A stretch of 64,000 bases of DNA, taken from Paraspadella gotoi (taxonomy: Eukaryota > Animalia > Chaetognatha). The DNA lies in contig CM119263.1 in assembly GCA_051294375.1 (NCBI GenBank), positions 26,551,702-26,615,701 on the forward strand, in the 5' to 3' direction. Shown in pieces: positions 36,394 to 60,890 of the stretch (the stretch's first letter is position 1; every line of letters begins with the position of its first letter). The position numbers and the translations under genes are program-made. A model generated the notes under the pieces. The model did no database searches. It was given only the letters and a program-made list of their open reading frames with translations, and had not been told where the DNA came from.

Positions 36394-37038
36394 TTCTGGT
36401 AAACCCGCCACACTTTTGGTGGATTCATTTTATTACTTGCGTCGTTCCGACGTTGGGAAAGCGAACCCGATCTAAAATAGCCACTGCTTCCNNNNNNNNN
36501 NCTCCGCATCATAAGTCATTTTTCATGCGAGTTTTGGTTCAGGCGTTGCCATAAGATTCTTTCGTCCATTTATAACTTGTCTCCCTTGATTTGACATTAG
36601 TGTAAGGATAAGTATTGTATTTGTAATGTTGTATTTTGTCCGGAGCAAACTTTTAAAGTTTTAGGTTGTTATTAGATTTTAATGAAGTACGACAGTATAA
36701 TACAGATATGAAATTGGTTATGTTATTAATTATCAATAGTCCGCTTGAATTCGTCTCATTACGTAAAATCAGCAAAACATAAGTTTTAAACTTACTCTGA
36801 CGTAAATAGTATGTACCTTCCTCGATGGTCATATTTCTTTGTCGAAACTTAAAATTTATCGTACGTTGGTTGTCTCCATGTCGCCTTCGTCGGCGGCGTC
36901 GTCGTTCGCATCGTTGATGGAGAGACGCACCTCATCTCCCGCTCCGTTTCTGTTTCCTCTTTTGCCCCGAGGAACTACTTTTTTCGTTTTTTTCTCCGCG
37001 TCGCTTCCGTCGTTGTGGTTCTCCGCCGATTTTCCCAT
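36394..37038 (-). CDS. Possible small two-exon gene of unknown function
   Basis: MGKSAENHNDGSDAEKKTKKVVPRGKRG..., a donor near 36816, then ...EAVAILDRVRFPNVGTTQVIK*. Joining needs a frameshift and one stop to be corrected. Confidence 0.25.
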
Positions 37039-38039
37039 TTTTACGTATGTCGAATGGAAGGGCCACGATCTTTGTCAAAATATTTTGTGGTTGGACGCGA
37101 TTCTTTTTTAATATTAAAATTAATACCTTTCTGAAAAAAAAATTAAGTGATTCCTGTTTTAATCTACCAAAACGTCTCCGACATACTATTTTTTCGAACG
37201 GTTTTTAATGTCCAGTATATATTAAATTATGAACGAAAAATGAAATGGATGTCTTTTGTTTTCTGAAAATATTTCGTTAAATCTCTTTCAGAGCGAAGCA
37301 CAGGTTTCTCTAGAGCTTGCGCTGTGTCGGACAAACAAAACAGCAGCTTCGTTTTAAAAAAAAATATTGATATTTTATAATATATATTTCATGTGATTTT
37401 TCTTGCATTTCACCCAATTAATGATGATTATAATTAATTACTAAATTTCAGTAACCTTTTTAAACGCTTATTTTTTCTGAAGATATCTTATTTTGAAGGA
37501 AGGACAGAAAAAACAAAATTGATATTGAAAAAGAGATGGAGAGAAAAAAACGGATATTGATGATCCAAGAAAATGAGAAGGGGGTGATGGTGATCAGAAA
37601 GTGGAAGAGTTCTTTTAAAAAATAGGAGGTTGAGAAGTAGAAAAAGCTTAATTAGTTAATATAAATGAAATAAATAAAAAAGAAATATGTCAATGAGACG
37701 GAGAAGGGATTATAAACCATGAAGAAAAAAAGGACAAAAAAAAAAGATGGATGGGTGAAGAGGCGGAATTAAGACGCAATGGAGAAGGTGAAAGAAAAAG
37801 AGGGAGGGAATTCCCGACTTTTCCTTCCGGAATCCTCAGAGATGTCCTCGGAGTGATGAATGGTTGCCCTGGGAAACCGCGGTTGCCAAGGAGACCCTCC
37901 GGACCCCGGTTAGACCCGCAATTAAGATCACGGAATTGACAAACACAGAGGCGCTTCATCCGATATTTTTTTTTCGGCGTTCAAAAGCTCGAGTTCCAAC
38001 TGATTGCGAAGTCTCAGTTCTGTGTTTATAGTCTTTTAG

Positions 38040-38320
38040 CTCTCTTTTGACATTTTCAGTTGTCAGTTAACATTCTTAGCTTCGTCTCGATACATTAGCA
38101 TTTTCTCGACATTCCTTGTTTTCTGTTGACATTCTTAGCTTTCTCTCGACATTCTAAATTTTCTTTTAGTTTTCTTAGCTTTCTCTAGACTTTCTTAGCT
38201 CTCTGCCGGTTTGCTTAACTCTATACCGACATTCCATCTCCCCGACTATCTAGCTGTCTTCTAAAAGTTATAATATTATAAGTCCTTAGTCGACATTCTT
38301 AGCTCTCTACCGACATTCCT
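38040..38320. repeat. Degenerate minisatellite of about 20 bp (gacattcttagctttctctc)
   Basis: Repeated units visible. Confidence 0.7.
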
Positions 38321-39497
38321 TCTCCCTTTCCCTGGAGATAATCTTTGATACTTTTTGACTCGTAGGCTTTTAGTTTACTCCTCCCTCTCTGTCTAAAGAG
38401 ATCTGCGGTGATCAGGTGTCCGTCGGTTGCCCGAATCATCTTTCTCGGCTTCTTTCGAATGCGCGGCCATTTTTGGAACGAGGTTGAAAGAGTTTTGAGT
38501 CAAGAGTTCAAGTCCTTTCATTTTAGTTTTAATTACTTTTATTCGAGTTAACTCAACAAACTTTTCAGCCAAGAAAATGTAATATGTGTTTATTTTAAAA
38601 TTCCTTTATCGTAACTATTAAGAAAGCCTTTCCGGGCCACTCCAAGTCGGTGGATTGTTGATGTTCGTTTAAAAGGAATTCGATTTTTTTTTTCATTCTT
38701 TTTTCTCTTTCGATTTTTCGTTAATTTTCTTTCGTCTTTGTCGTTGACGTTTGATGTCGGCTGGTGACGTTTCTTTCACTCCACATCCTTCGCCGATTCA
38801 CTTTTATCCTTCGAAGTTCTCGGCTCAAATTCACTGTTCACGACTTAAATTCGACGTTTTTCGTTAGGGTTGTAATTTCATTCTTATTGTTACGTATTTA
38901 TAGGTGTAAATTTGTTTCTCTTATTTAAACTACTTTTACCTGACGTCAACACATACTTGGTATGAGTCTCTCTGCCTCCTTCTCTTCTCTCTCTTCGCCT
39001 CTCTTCTCCTATAAGAGCTAAAACTATACTTTTCTTATAATAATTATCTTCTCTGTCTCTGTCTTTCCTGCGCTTAACTGTCTCCTCTCTCCCCTTCTCG
39101 TCTTTCTCTTCATCTCCCCTTCTCGTCTTTCTCTTCATCTCCCCTTTTCTTGTCTTTTCTTATTCTTTCCTTTTTCAATCTCTCATTCTCCTTACCTCCC
39201 TAATTCACAGTCACGTCTTGGGCCCACGCGATCCCAACGAAACATCCTTCTTCCTCGCTCTCTTCTTCCCTTCCTCCCCGCCCCTTCTTCTTTCCTCTCG
39301 GGGCTCTCCCTCTCTCCCTCCCTCTCTCCCTCCCTCCTTGCCCCGTCCCGTCAGCTGTCGGGGCGAAATTCATTTTCGTTGTCGTTTTCACGATTTCTTT
39401 TCGGCTTTCTTCAAAGACATTCACGCAAACATTTTCCATTTTATCGATTCGATCTCTCTCTCTCTCTCTCTCTCTCGTCTCTCTCTCTCCTCTCTCT

Positions 39498-39543
<46 letters not shown>

Positions 39544-39619
39544 TCTCTCTCATTGAGCGCTTTGATTATTTACTTCGATTTCAACGGATGGTCCCCGTAG
39601 AGGTGGTCAGAAATCATCC

Positions 39620-39694
<75 letters not shown>

Positions 39695-40602
39695 CTCTCT
39701 CTCTCTCTCTTTTCCCCTCTCCCCCTGACCCCCCCTCTTTGCGTGTGGTATGAAATTTTTAGTTGGTCGTTCGAAGTTTCAAATTACCTAAAACAAATGC
39801 TCTCCTCTTTCACTGTCTCTTTTTTTTTCTCGCTCCTTTTTTCGTGAGGGCACGCGCGTGTGAAGGTGTAAACGTGACATGCGATTGCGCGCGCTCGTAT
39901 ATACGTACCTGCGTGCGAACCGGGGGCGTCGGGGGAGAGAACGATCGAGAGAGTTGAAGGACGAAATGATGACCCGACCGTTCCCGACCCCGATGGGCAG
40001 GGCTGAAAAGAGCCCGCATAGAAAGGGGAGTGGGGCTGAGCCGTCGGGATCCTCGCTGGGAGACTTGACTTTATTCAGTTCTTTTACATTGACCAAGCAC
40101 TTCGGGCAAAACTGATTGGTCTTTACTCCTACGTTTAATCATCGCCTCCAAACTTAACTCATTAAAAAAAAAATTGATATTTAAAAAAAAAACACCAAAA
40201 AAAACTTGTGATGTGTTTTTTTTTACTATTTACAGATTTAGTCATTTTTTTTTTGGCCACAAAATCTTCGTTGAGGTTTTCAAATTTTTTGCTCCGCTGA
40301 TCCCATTATAATAAATGATCTTCACGTGCAACGGATTTCGTATAAAAATTCAAACCTCGAGAGATTATTTAGGGAGGAGAAAGTGAGGTGGAGGCTGGGG
40401 GGTAAGACGTGGTGGGGTTTGAGAGGGGGAGAGACAGAGAGGAATGAGGGACGGAAACAGGGGTATGAGATGGAATATATACATTATACAATATTGAATA
40501 TTATTAAAATCGGAAAGGTTGTAGTGGTAAGGTGGGAAAAGACAATAAATATAAGCGGGAGTGTTTAACAAAGTATAGTGATTCAAGGATTGGTGAGAAA
40601 GA

Positions 40603-40633
<31 letters not shown>

Positions 40634-41475
40634 CGAAGGAGTGAAAAAGTTGGAAGGGTTCGATGAGTTGGGCGTGAATCGAATCGAGTTCGAGGCCGAG
40701 ATTTTGCTGGAGAAGGACGAGCGATGTCGAAAAGGGATGATGGAGAGGGTGATGGAGATAGATGGGATAGAGATGTGTCGAATTGGGAATACAGATGGGG
40801 AGGAAAAAGATAAGAAAGAAGCGTTGATGCGATGGTGAAATTCGATAATGGCGGAGAAGCGCTGATGTGGTACCAACGAATCGCAGAAAATAAAAATGGA
40901 ATGAAAAATGAAAGATTCGATAAAGAAGATTTGATTGGGGGAAAAAAAGAGCATAAAAAAAATGAAATAAAAAAAAATAATCGCGAGAAAGTTAAAATTT
41001 AAAAGGAAAAAGAAAAAAAAAGAAAGAGAAAAAATAGAATCGAAAGTCAATACACTTTTTTCGCTCGAAAACAAAAATATTGAGAATCGATAATAACGAA
41101 ATTGGACGATGGACTTTCGGTGGTGACAGATTCATTCACAAGTAATAAATACTGTTGCTATAACTTATTGTATTTGTGTAGTATTCAAGTCTTGTTCGTT
41201 CAGACTTTTTTGTTTTGTTTATTTTTTATTTTTATTTTGTTTTTAGTATTTTGTGTGAAAAGAGAGGAATGTTTGTTTCGACGCTTTTGAAAAAAATAAC
41301 AACCCAGTTAGTATTTGTATTATTTTGTTTCTTTTTCTTCCTGATTCGGTTTATGGGAATTTTTTTGCCTCTACCCACATTTTATGATATCTTTGCATCT
41401 GAGATTGCGTTTCAATCATCTTATATGGCTGTTTTCAGATTACTCAACAACGAAAACCATTAAAGGCAGAGAAGA

Positions 41476-41555
<80 letters not shown>

Positions 41556-43074
41556 GATGAAAAGAGTCCATTTTTGACTCTCGATGATTTAACCCTCCTT
41601 TCAATTTTTTTTCCTTAGATCTGTTTGGGCCTTATTTTTTTCTCTGGTCTTAAAAAAAATGAGGTGCGTTTGAAATTAGTTTTTTAGACATTTGTATAGG
41701 ACGCGCCACATGTTCGATCGTTTAAAGAAGGATAAATTGTTTTTCTTCCTTTTTTAACTAATTCCTCGTGAGTTTTATCACAAAATTCATCCGCCTTCAT
41801 TTTTTTTTGAAGAAGAATTCGTCGGCGGAATAAGTTTTAAAGTTTTAACTTCTTTCTTTCCTCCAAAGAAAAACAAATAAACAAAAAGACAAATCTGCAG
41901 TAATTTTCGTCTTTCCCGCCCTCTCAACTTTGTCACTTTTACTTATAATATCTTCTCACAGCTTAATTAACTTTTACCTTTTATATTTGTGCAGTTTCTC
42001 ATAATTCAATGGACTAAGTAGTAAGTAATAAGTATACCAGTAGATTCTCCTTCAAAACACCGTAATTGTTTTTTGCTTTATTTTTTAAATTCAGCTCAGG
42101 GATGAAATTTGTTGGTTCATATAGTTTGTATGTATAACGAGCGTTAGTGAAAGAAATTAATAGCCTAAATTATAGTAAAACATATCATTAAAATGAGATA
42201 CAGAACGCTTTTCAGAGAAGTGCGGCCTGGGCCCTTTTTATTGAGGCAGGATCTTGCATTCAGCATCACAATTCTCTTGGGCATTCCCATTTCGTTTAAA
42301 ATGCAAAGATTATTCAAAGAATTGCAAATACAAAGAACATTCATTCTGCTAATCAATTTTGTCATTCTTCATCAGAAATTCACCATATTTGAAGAAGAAT
42401 AAATTAAAACGTGAGTAATTATCACATCTCACATAATTTTTCACAGTCACGTCTCGGGCCAACGCGATCCCAACCGAAATCCTTCTTCCTCAACTGTGAT
42501 CTTTTCACGTCGCCCTCAGTCCCACGCAAAGCCTCACGACCAACGAGCACGAGTTCGAATCCAAGGCAATGATTATCAGTGCCAAGTTACATCCCCCTTC
42601 CCCATACTCTCTCATAATATTAAATTACATTCCCTTGGACATTAACAATACGAGGTTAACGCCTTTCCTCCGATCTCGTCAATACATCTTCGGTTACATC
42701 CCTCCTTTCAGCTCGCTAGCCAATTACATACTTCAGACCTTATCCCATCCTAATTTTTGCGCTCATTTTTTTTAATTGAACTGACGGAGAATCATAATTC
42801 ACGAATGTTTTGACAAGAAAAGAAAAAAAAATAGAAAGAAGAAAGAAAAAAAAAGGAAAAAGAAAATGTAATATTGGGGTGAAGAGCAAAATATGAGCGA
42901 TAAATTAAGTTTAACACAAAGGGCGGATTCGCCCGTTCAGTTTTACCTTTAAAAAGTCTTTCTTCAGCGACCATAACATTTTTTGGTTAAATTGTTTTCA
43001 AAATTTGCATTCATCCCCCGCTGCGTTGAAAAGGGAGAGAGAGAGAGAGNNNNNNNNNNNNNNNNNNNNNNNNN

Positions 43075-43140
<66 letters not shown>

Positions 43141-43149
43141 AGAAAGAGA

Positions 43150-54386
<11,237 letters not shown>

Positions 54387-56046
54387 AATTTAGTTATGTT
54401 TTCTAAGTATTTTCTAAAAAAATTCTACCTAACTGTTTTCTGAAAATAAAAAACAATTAATATCGTATTCAATGATATAATAATGAACTGAAACATTCGT
54501 ATGTTCGAAAGAGAAGGAAAAAAAAACTGATATATAAAGAAACATTTCGAAATGCTAAATCAAACAAACAAAAATAGAGAAACTGGTGAAATAGGACTAG
54601 CACGGGGTATATCCAGTCGGATCTGAGCGACGACGTAACGGAGAAAAATTAGAAAATTAGGTTACGATTGCGCGAAGAGTCTGTTTGAAAAATCGATTTA
54701 CTACCATATTGGAAAATAAATCTTATTTATGTAGCACGTTTATTATAATTTTTTTGAAATACGGAATCGTTTTCCGCAACGCTTTGCAGCTAAAATAAAG
54801 GACAATCAAAATTCAATAGTGAATAAAGAGAACAAAAAATGTAAGTTTTTAAGCCGCAGGAAAACGTTTGCTCGAATCGTCTCACATCCGCGTTGAGGCA
54901 AATTGTTTTTGTGATTCATGCATCTTTATTAAACTTGTTTTTAGTCAGTCTGTCCTGTCGCTTTGTAAATACGTAGGAAAATAAAATAGGTCTTGTTTAT
55001 TACTTTGCTTTCACTAGTCTTCTAAGTTTTTTGCCTCACGCCGTCCGATTTTGGACTGTCCAGAGCAAAGTTCTGTGAGAACAAAATTCGAAAGATTAAA
55101 AAATATAATGATTCGGCTGAAATCCATCTCTATTTCTTTTTTACATACAATTTTACAAAACGGGTAATGAGATGTAACAACTGTGGGATAGATTGACCAG
55201 CTCAACGAAAATGAACAAAATATTAAATGGCAAAAAAAAACAAAAAAAACGAGTCTAAAAAAACAAACCTAAAATTGTATCTACGATGAGAAAGGTAAAC
55301 ATCAAATATCAACGAGCATGAACTTGGACAATGGACAGCGAGAGAAAAAAAAGAGAGAACAAATGAAAAAATTGAAAGGATATAAGTGGGAAAAAGAAAG
55401 TGGTGATGTCGCCCTGGGTATTTTCTACAATTAACGGGATATTGAGCAACTTATTTCTTTGATAATTCGATTGTAAAGGAATATATTGGCAATATGCTGG
55501 CGCGTATTCGACCACGTGTCAGTCCAAACTTTAAGCTTGTCAAGAAAAAAAAATGATAATAATAATGATAAAAAAACTTGCGTGAGCCAATTGATCGAAG
55601 TGACAAATCGTTACAGTGATCTTTTGTTTTCGATCGATACAAGAATCGATATAAGAATGTAAAATTGATTGACATTTACATACAAATATCTTAAAAGTAT
55701 TTTTTCCATTTACGTTACGTCTGGAGTTAACATTGTAATGCATTAAAAAGTAATAAAATTAACAATTTTTGACTTTTTTTCTTTTTCACGATATAGCAAG
55801 GTAGTAATGTTTCACGAAAGTTTTTTTTTTTCAATTCCGGTAAAAATCCTCGAGTAAAAAGGCACCCATATGACGAGAAAATCAGTGACTAAGTTTGACG
55901 TAGCGCCATCAGCGTTCTACGCAGCCGCGCCGTCTGCATTCTCCGCCGCGGCACCGCCAGCGTTTTTCTGCCGCAGCATCGCCAAGCGTTTTCTGCCGCC
56001 ACAGCGCCGCACCCATTTCAGACGCTTACTTTACCTCTTTCTTCCT

Positions 56047-57018
56047 TCACATATAAGTCTTCCCCACGCAGACTTTGTTGTACAAGTTGACGCCGGTCTG
56101 TTCCATGACAGATGGGTAACGAAAGACGGGCGATGGCGGCGTCGTCGGATGCTGCGGCGTCGTCGGCGCCAGCGACGTCGCCGTTAAGTCGTACGAAGGA
56201 TAAATTAGGCCGGCGCCGGCGTGCTGACCCGGGCCGCCGAGAATTTGCTGCGTCGGAGGCGTGACGGCGAGGGAGGCGGCGCCCGGCCCCCAAGACGGCG
56301 TGGAGGGCGAAGTGAGCGACGGAGAGTAGAGCATGGGCGAAGCGGACGGGATGGAGAGGTAAGGGGAGGAAGGCAAGGCGATGGAGAGCGCCGCCACGTT
56401 GGCCATTTTGCGGAGGGCGCTGTGATCGCGATATGTCCCGTTGATGATCGCCAGTTCCATAAGCTGACGCTTCTTGAGGTCGTCCTCTCCATCGGGCGAA
56501 GGCTGCAGCAACTTGCGCACTTCGTCGACGGCGCGAGCGAGACGCTTCTCCGCGCGGCCTCGACTGTCCTCCACCGTGATGAGGACGTGAAGGTCTTCGT
56601 TGAGGTGTTCCCAATTTGGTTTCCCTCGGTTCTGATCTTCCTTCTTCTTGTCCCTCATGGAGCCTTTCCCACGCACCATGATCTTGCAGCCCGTGTCCTG
56701 TTCGAGCTGTTTGGCCGTCATCCCGCGAGGACCAAGGATGCGGCCAACGAAGTTAAAGTCTGGGTGTTCCTTGACGGGCACGAAGACCTTCTCGGAGAGG
56801 GTGATCTTGGGCCCGGCCGCCTCGGGCAGGTCCAGGGGAGACTTTTCCTTGTCCGTGTAAAACATTTGTCCACGGACCCGGGAGATTTCGTTGTCAAGGA
56901 GACGCTCGAGATGGAGAAAGACGTTTGGGAAGGCGGAAATCTGCTTCTTGTCCTTCAAGAGTTGCGTCAAATACTCGGCGGAGTTGGTGTCCACCTGGGG
57001 AGGGGTCATGCTCGTCAT
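56047..57018 (-). CDS. qki: Quaking/How STAR-family RNA-binding protein, single-exon CDS
   Basis: QUA1 ([12 protein letters not shown]...[16 protein letters not shown]), KH ([40 protein letters not shown]), QUA2 ([22 protein letters not shown]) and a P/Y-rich tail. Confidence 0.97.
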   Translation of the reverse strand: MTSMTPPQVDTNSAEYLTQLLKDKKQISAFPNVFLHLERLLDNEISRVRGQMFYTDKEKSPLDLPEAAGPKITLSEKVFVPVKEHPDFNFVGRILGPRGMTAKQLEQDTGCKIMVRGKGSMRDKKKEDQNRGKPNWEHLNEDLHVLITVEDSRGRAEKRLARAVDEVRKLLQPSPDGEDDLKKRQLMELAIINGTYRDHSALRKMANVAALSIALPSSPYLSIPSASPMLYSPSLTSPSTPSWGPGAASLAVTPPTQQILGGPGQHAGAGLIYPSYDLTATSLAPTTPQHPTTPPSPVFRYPSVMEQTGVNLYNKVCVGKTYM

Positions 57019-57028
57019 CGTCGTCGTC

Positions 57029-57061
57029 GTTAGTGGATGAAAGGGGAAGGGAGGGTTAGTA
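57029..57061 (-). promoter_or_regulatory. Tandem ACUAAC motifs (QKI response element / branch-point consensus) just 5' of the qki start
   Basis: TACTAAC at 57061-57055 and ACTAAC at 57034-57029 on the coding strand. A 5'-UTR acceptor (ttttccag) lies at about 57499. Confidence 0.5.
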
Positions 57062-57872
57062 GAAAGATGGAGGGACTCGGTGTGCCGCAGTCAGGAATTT
57101 TTTGTAGTTGTTTTTATTTTGGTAAGTTCACCGCTGTAGTTTTTTTATTTTATTTTAGAGAAGATTCTTTCGTGATCCTTTTATGTATTAGTTTTCTAAT
57201 TTTTCACAAAGACAAATTTTCAAGATTTTTTAATCATAAGGGGAATGAATTAAAAGATGTTCTTTTTTTTTTTGCTTCCAAATGTAAATTGAGCGAAAGG
57301 AGTTTTCAACTTTTCAGCTTTTTTTCAGTTACTGCTTTCGAATCGATTTATCGTTTCAATGTCGTTAATCTACGTGGAAGTTGATGTCTCTTCATCGCCA
57401 GTTCTTTTTTTTTCTTTTAATTATTATCTTCGAACTTCTTTCTTTAGTTTATAGTATTTCTTTTGTTAATTGAAAATCCAGTTTACGCGTCGCTCGATCT
57501 GGAAAAGAAAAATGAATTGAAATGATCAGTACGAACGTATGACAATCGAAACTTGATTTTTTCAAGTCATCCTCTTCGGGATTATTTTTTTCTGAACCGG
57601 TCCGCACGATGGGTTTTAAAAATTGTTAGGTAAGAAAAAAAAAGATAAATGTCAATGGTTAAACTTAATTGTATTTATAGTGTAGAGATGACAGAACAAG
57701 GTGATTGTTAAATTTCTGGTGATACAAGTTAAAAAAATGTTTTTTCCCGTTAAGAAATGCAATAATTTGAATGGAATCCCTCGTGGGAAAAGAAGAGAGA
57801 GAGAGAGAAAGAGAGAGAAAGATGAAAGAAAGATAAAGTGGAGAGAAGAGAGAGAGAGAGAATGAGAGAAGA

Positions 57873-57929
<57 letters not shown>

Positions 57930-58390
57930 ATAATTATCACGAGAGCCGAGATAAAACAATTAAAAAAAGAAAAACAGATCAAGAAAAGGAGGGAGTGAGA
58001 CGAAAGAGAAAATAATAATTCGGTGACAAAATGAAAAACAAAAAAAAAAATGGCGAAACTAAAATATGGTCTGGATATGAGACAGAACCATGTGGAGGCG
58101 AAGTGGGCAGGAAGGAGGATCGAAAAGCGACGGAAAACTGTAATCGAAATTGGACAACGTGGTTCGAAAGCGGAAAGCGAAAACGTGGCCGTAAAACGGA
58201 CGTAAGGCGCATGGACGAGAAGCGGACGTAGAGCGCATGGAAGGGAAGCGGAACCACGCCGACGGCGTCTCGAAAAAAAGTGGAGAAATCGATTAAGGGT
58301 TTCGATCTTTTGATGATCGAGAATTAAACGGTCGATTATCCGCTGAGACCGTGGAAGAAGGTGGAGGAGGATGAGGAAGAGGAGGAGAAG

Positions 58391-58428
<38 letters not shown>

Positions 58429-59900
58429 TGAGAGAGAGAAAGAGGAGAGAGAGAGAAGAAGACTGGAGAGAGAGAGACCGAGAGAGAGAGAGAGAGAGAA
58501 AGGTAAAAAGTAAGGAACTGAAACAACAGATCATTTACGATTTTCCGTCTCAACGGATGAAAAGGAGCAGCCGCGAAAAAAAGAGAAAGAAAAAAGAAGA
58601 AAAAAAAAAAGAAATTCAGAGTCCCTGTTAATGGACGCCTGCTTAACTTGGCTTTTCCTCCCCCTTTTTTTTCCAGTGCTTAGATTTGCCTTTTACCGTC
58701 CGAGTACTCAGATTTTCTCCCGGTCCTCATTTTTAGATTTGCATTTTTTCTCCTTGTCATAATAATTTCCCCCCTGTCTCTGTCCTCATTCCAAGCTTGG
58801 TACTTTTCCTCCTTCTCAGATTTTACCCCTGTCCGCGTTATTCAGATTTGTGCCCCTGTGCCCGCCCCCTTTCGCCGTTAAAGAAAGTCTGTTGAAGTTA
58901 ATATCTTCTAAAACCTAAGAAAGCATTTTCCCCGACTTTGTCATCGAAGTTTGTTTATTAGAATTATTTTTAGGACTTAAGCTCAATGAAACTATATTTA
59001 TATTATTTATATTATATTATAATATTATTATATTATATAATATATTATAACAATATTATATTATAATATTATTATATTATATAATATATTATAACATTAA
59101 GAATTCTTTTTAAGATTAATCAACAACATATTTCTAGTTGTGTCCCATTTAATTGCTTCTTATATGACCTCACATAATTTCATGACAACCCCTGTCAAGT
59201 CCTATCACTAATCTGCTCCGTCTTCCCATCCTTACTCCCCCCGTACCCCTATTTCACCCCCCCAACCCCTAAAAACGCCCCCTAAGATTCCTTCTCCCCC
59301 CTTTTTTATCGATTACGAGGGGAGGGAAAGAGAAACGGTCTCTGTTTTTTAGATCATTCCGAGAAAATGTAAACTAAGAATGTTTATATCGTGGAGGAAG
59401 AAGAGGGGGAAGTGGAAGAGGAGAAGGTCGAAGAAAAGGAGAGAGAAGAGGAAGAGAAGGAGAAGAGGGAGGCTAAATGTCAGAAAGGGGCAGTTAAGAT
59501 TTTTTTTTTTTATTTAGATCCTTTTCCAGTCGAAGGAAAACGAGGATAAAGATACACGAATTAACTTGCGTAATAAATTTTTTTCAAAGATAAGGTATTC
59601 TTACTTCATGCCAAATGTGTAACGTATACAATGTAGTATTTATTACAAAAAGATCATTTGAAAATTTTTGTTACAAAAATCTCTCTTCGTTTGTGTCATC
59701 GATAAACCAGAAAAAAAAAATAGAAAAACAAAAAACAAACGAAAAAAACAATAGATTCACTGTTTTTCACATTTACTTCGCCCCGCCTACTTTTTCCACC
59801 TGTTGGCTCGATTTTCGTCGCTATTCCGAGTCACGTGATCCAGTGAACTCGTCAGGAGAAGGAAATGAGGAGAGAAAGAGAGAGAGAGAGGAGAGAGGAG

Positions 59901-59968
<68 letters not shown>

Positions 59969-60373
59969 AGAGAAGCGATCATATTCCGGAATTCTACTTT
60001 TAGGAAGTCCGAGGGGTGAGGATTCGTTGGAGGTTAGGGGATACAAGTTGTTTGGAAAGTTAGGGTTATATTTTGGGAAAAGAGTAATGCTTGAAAAGTG
60101 GGTCTAGGATGACAGGAGAAACAAAGAAAGAAACGGAGGTAGAAATGGAGAAGAGTAAATAAGGTGAAAACAAACAAAGGAAGAAAAAAAAATAAAATGG
60201 AAAAAGAAAGAAAAGATGAAAAGGAAATATTTCGCGGTAGAAAAAAAAGGAAAAAGAAAAGATGGATGGAACTTCGTCCCGCGGGGGAATTGTGTAAAAT
60301 CGGAGAAATAAGATGAGCGAGAGAGAGAGAGAGAAGGGAAGAAAAAGAGAGGGAGGGTATGAGGCTGTTTCTC

Positions 60374-60420
<47 letters not shown>

Positions 60421-60574
60421 TCTCCTCTCTCTCTTCTCTCCATGCGAACGAAGCAGGGACGCGCCCATCCTCCCGGAAGGAGCGTCTGGGGACAAACAAC
60501 TCGGAGCGATAGCGACGCCTGTCGGGCGATGTCGTTGCCACGGGTTACGACGATGGCGCTTTTCGCGAGAGGCG

Positions 60575-60890
60575 GGACGACGACGACGACGATAACGACG
60601 ACGACGATATAGAAGAAGACGAAGACATATAAAAGTATGAGACAAAGGCGACGGCGATGAAGCTGATGAGGAAGATGAGGAAGATAAGGAAGCCTGAAAT
60701 GATGACAACGACGATGATGACAATGACAATGTTGATGATGATGATAATTACGGCGCCGATGTCAACTAAGACGACTGTGAGACTAAAGATGATGACAAAT
60801 ACAACAATGACAACGACGACGACGACGACGATGATGAGATCTAAGAGGACAAAGAAGACAACAATGATAACAGCGACAACGACGATCAAC
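60575..60890. repeat. Degenerate (GAY/RAY)n trinucleotide tract
   Basis: The Asp-rich frame contains several stops. Confidence 0.75.

Noticed and set aside
37860-37915. Collagen-like GPEGLLGNRGFPGQP on the - strand
   Set aside because: Only five triplets, with no convincing splice sites or companion exons.
38040-38320. Regularly spaced repeats as a CRISPR-like array
   Set aside because: Contiguous degenerate units with no unique spacers, in a eukaryotic context.
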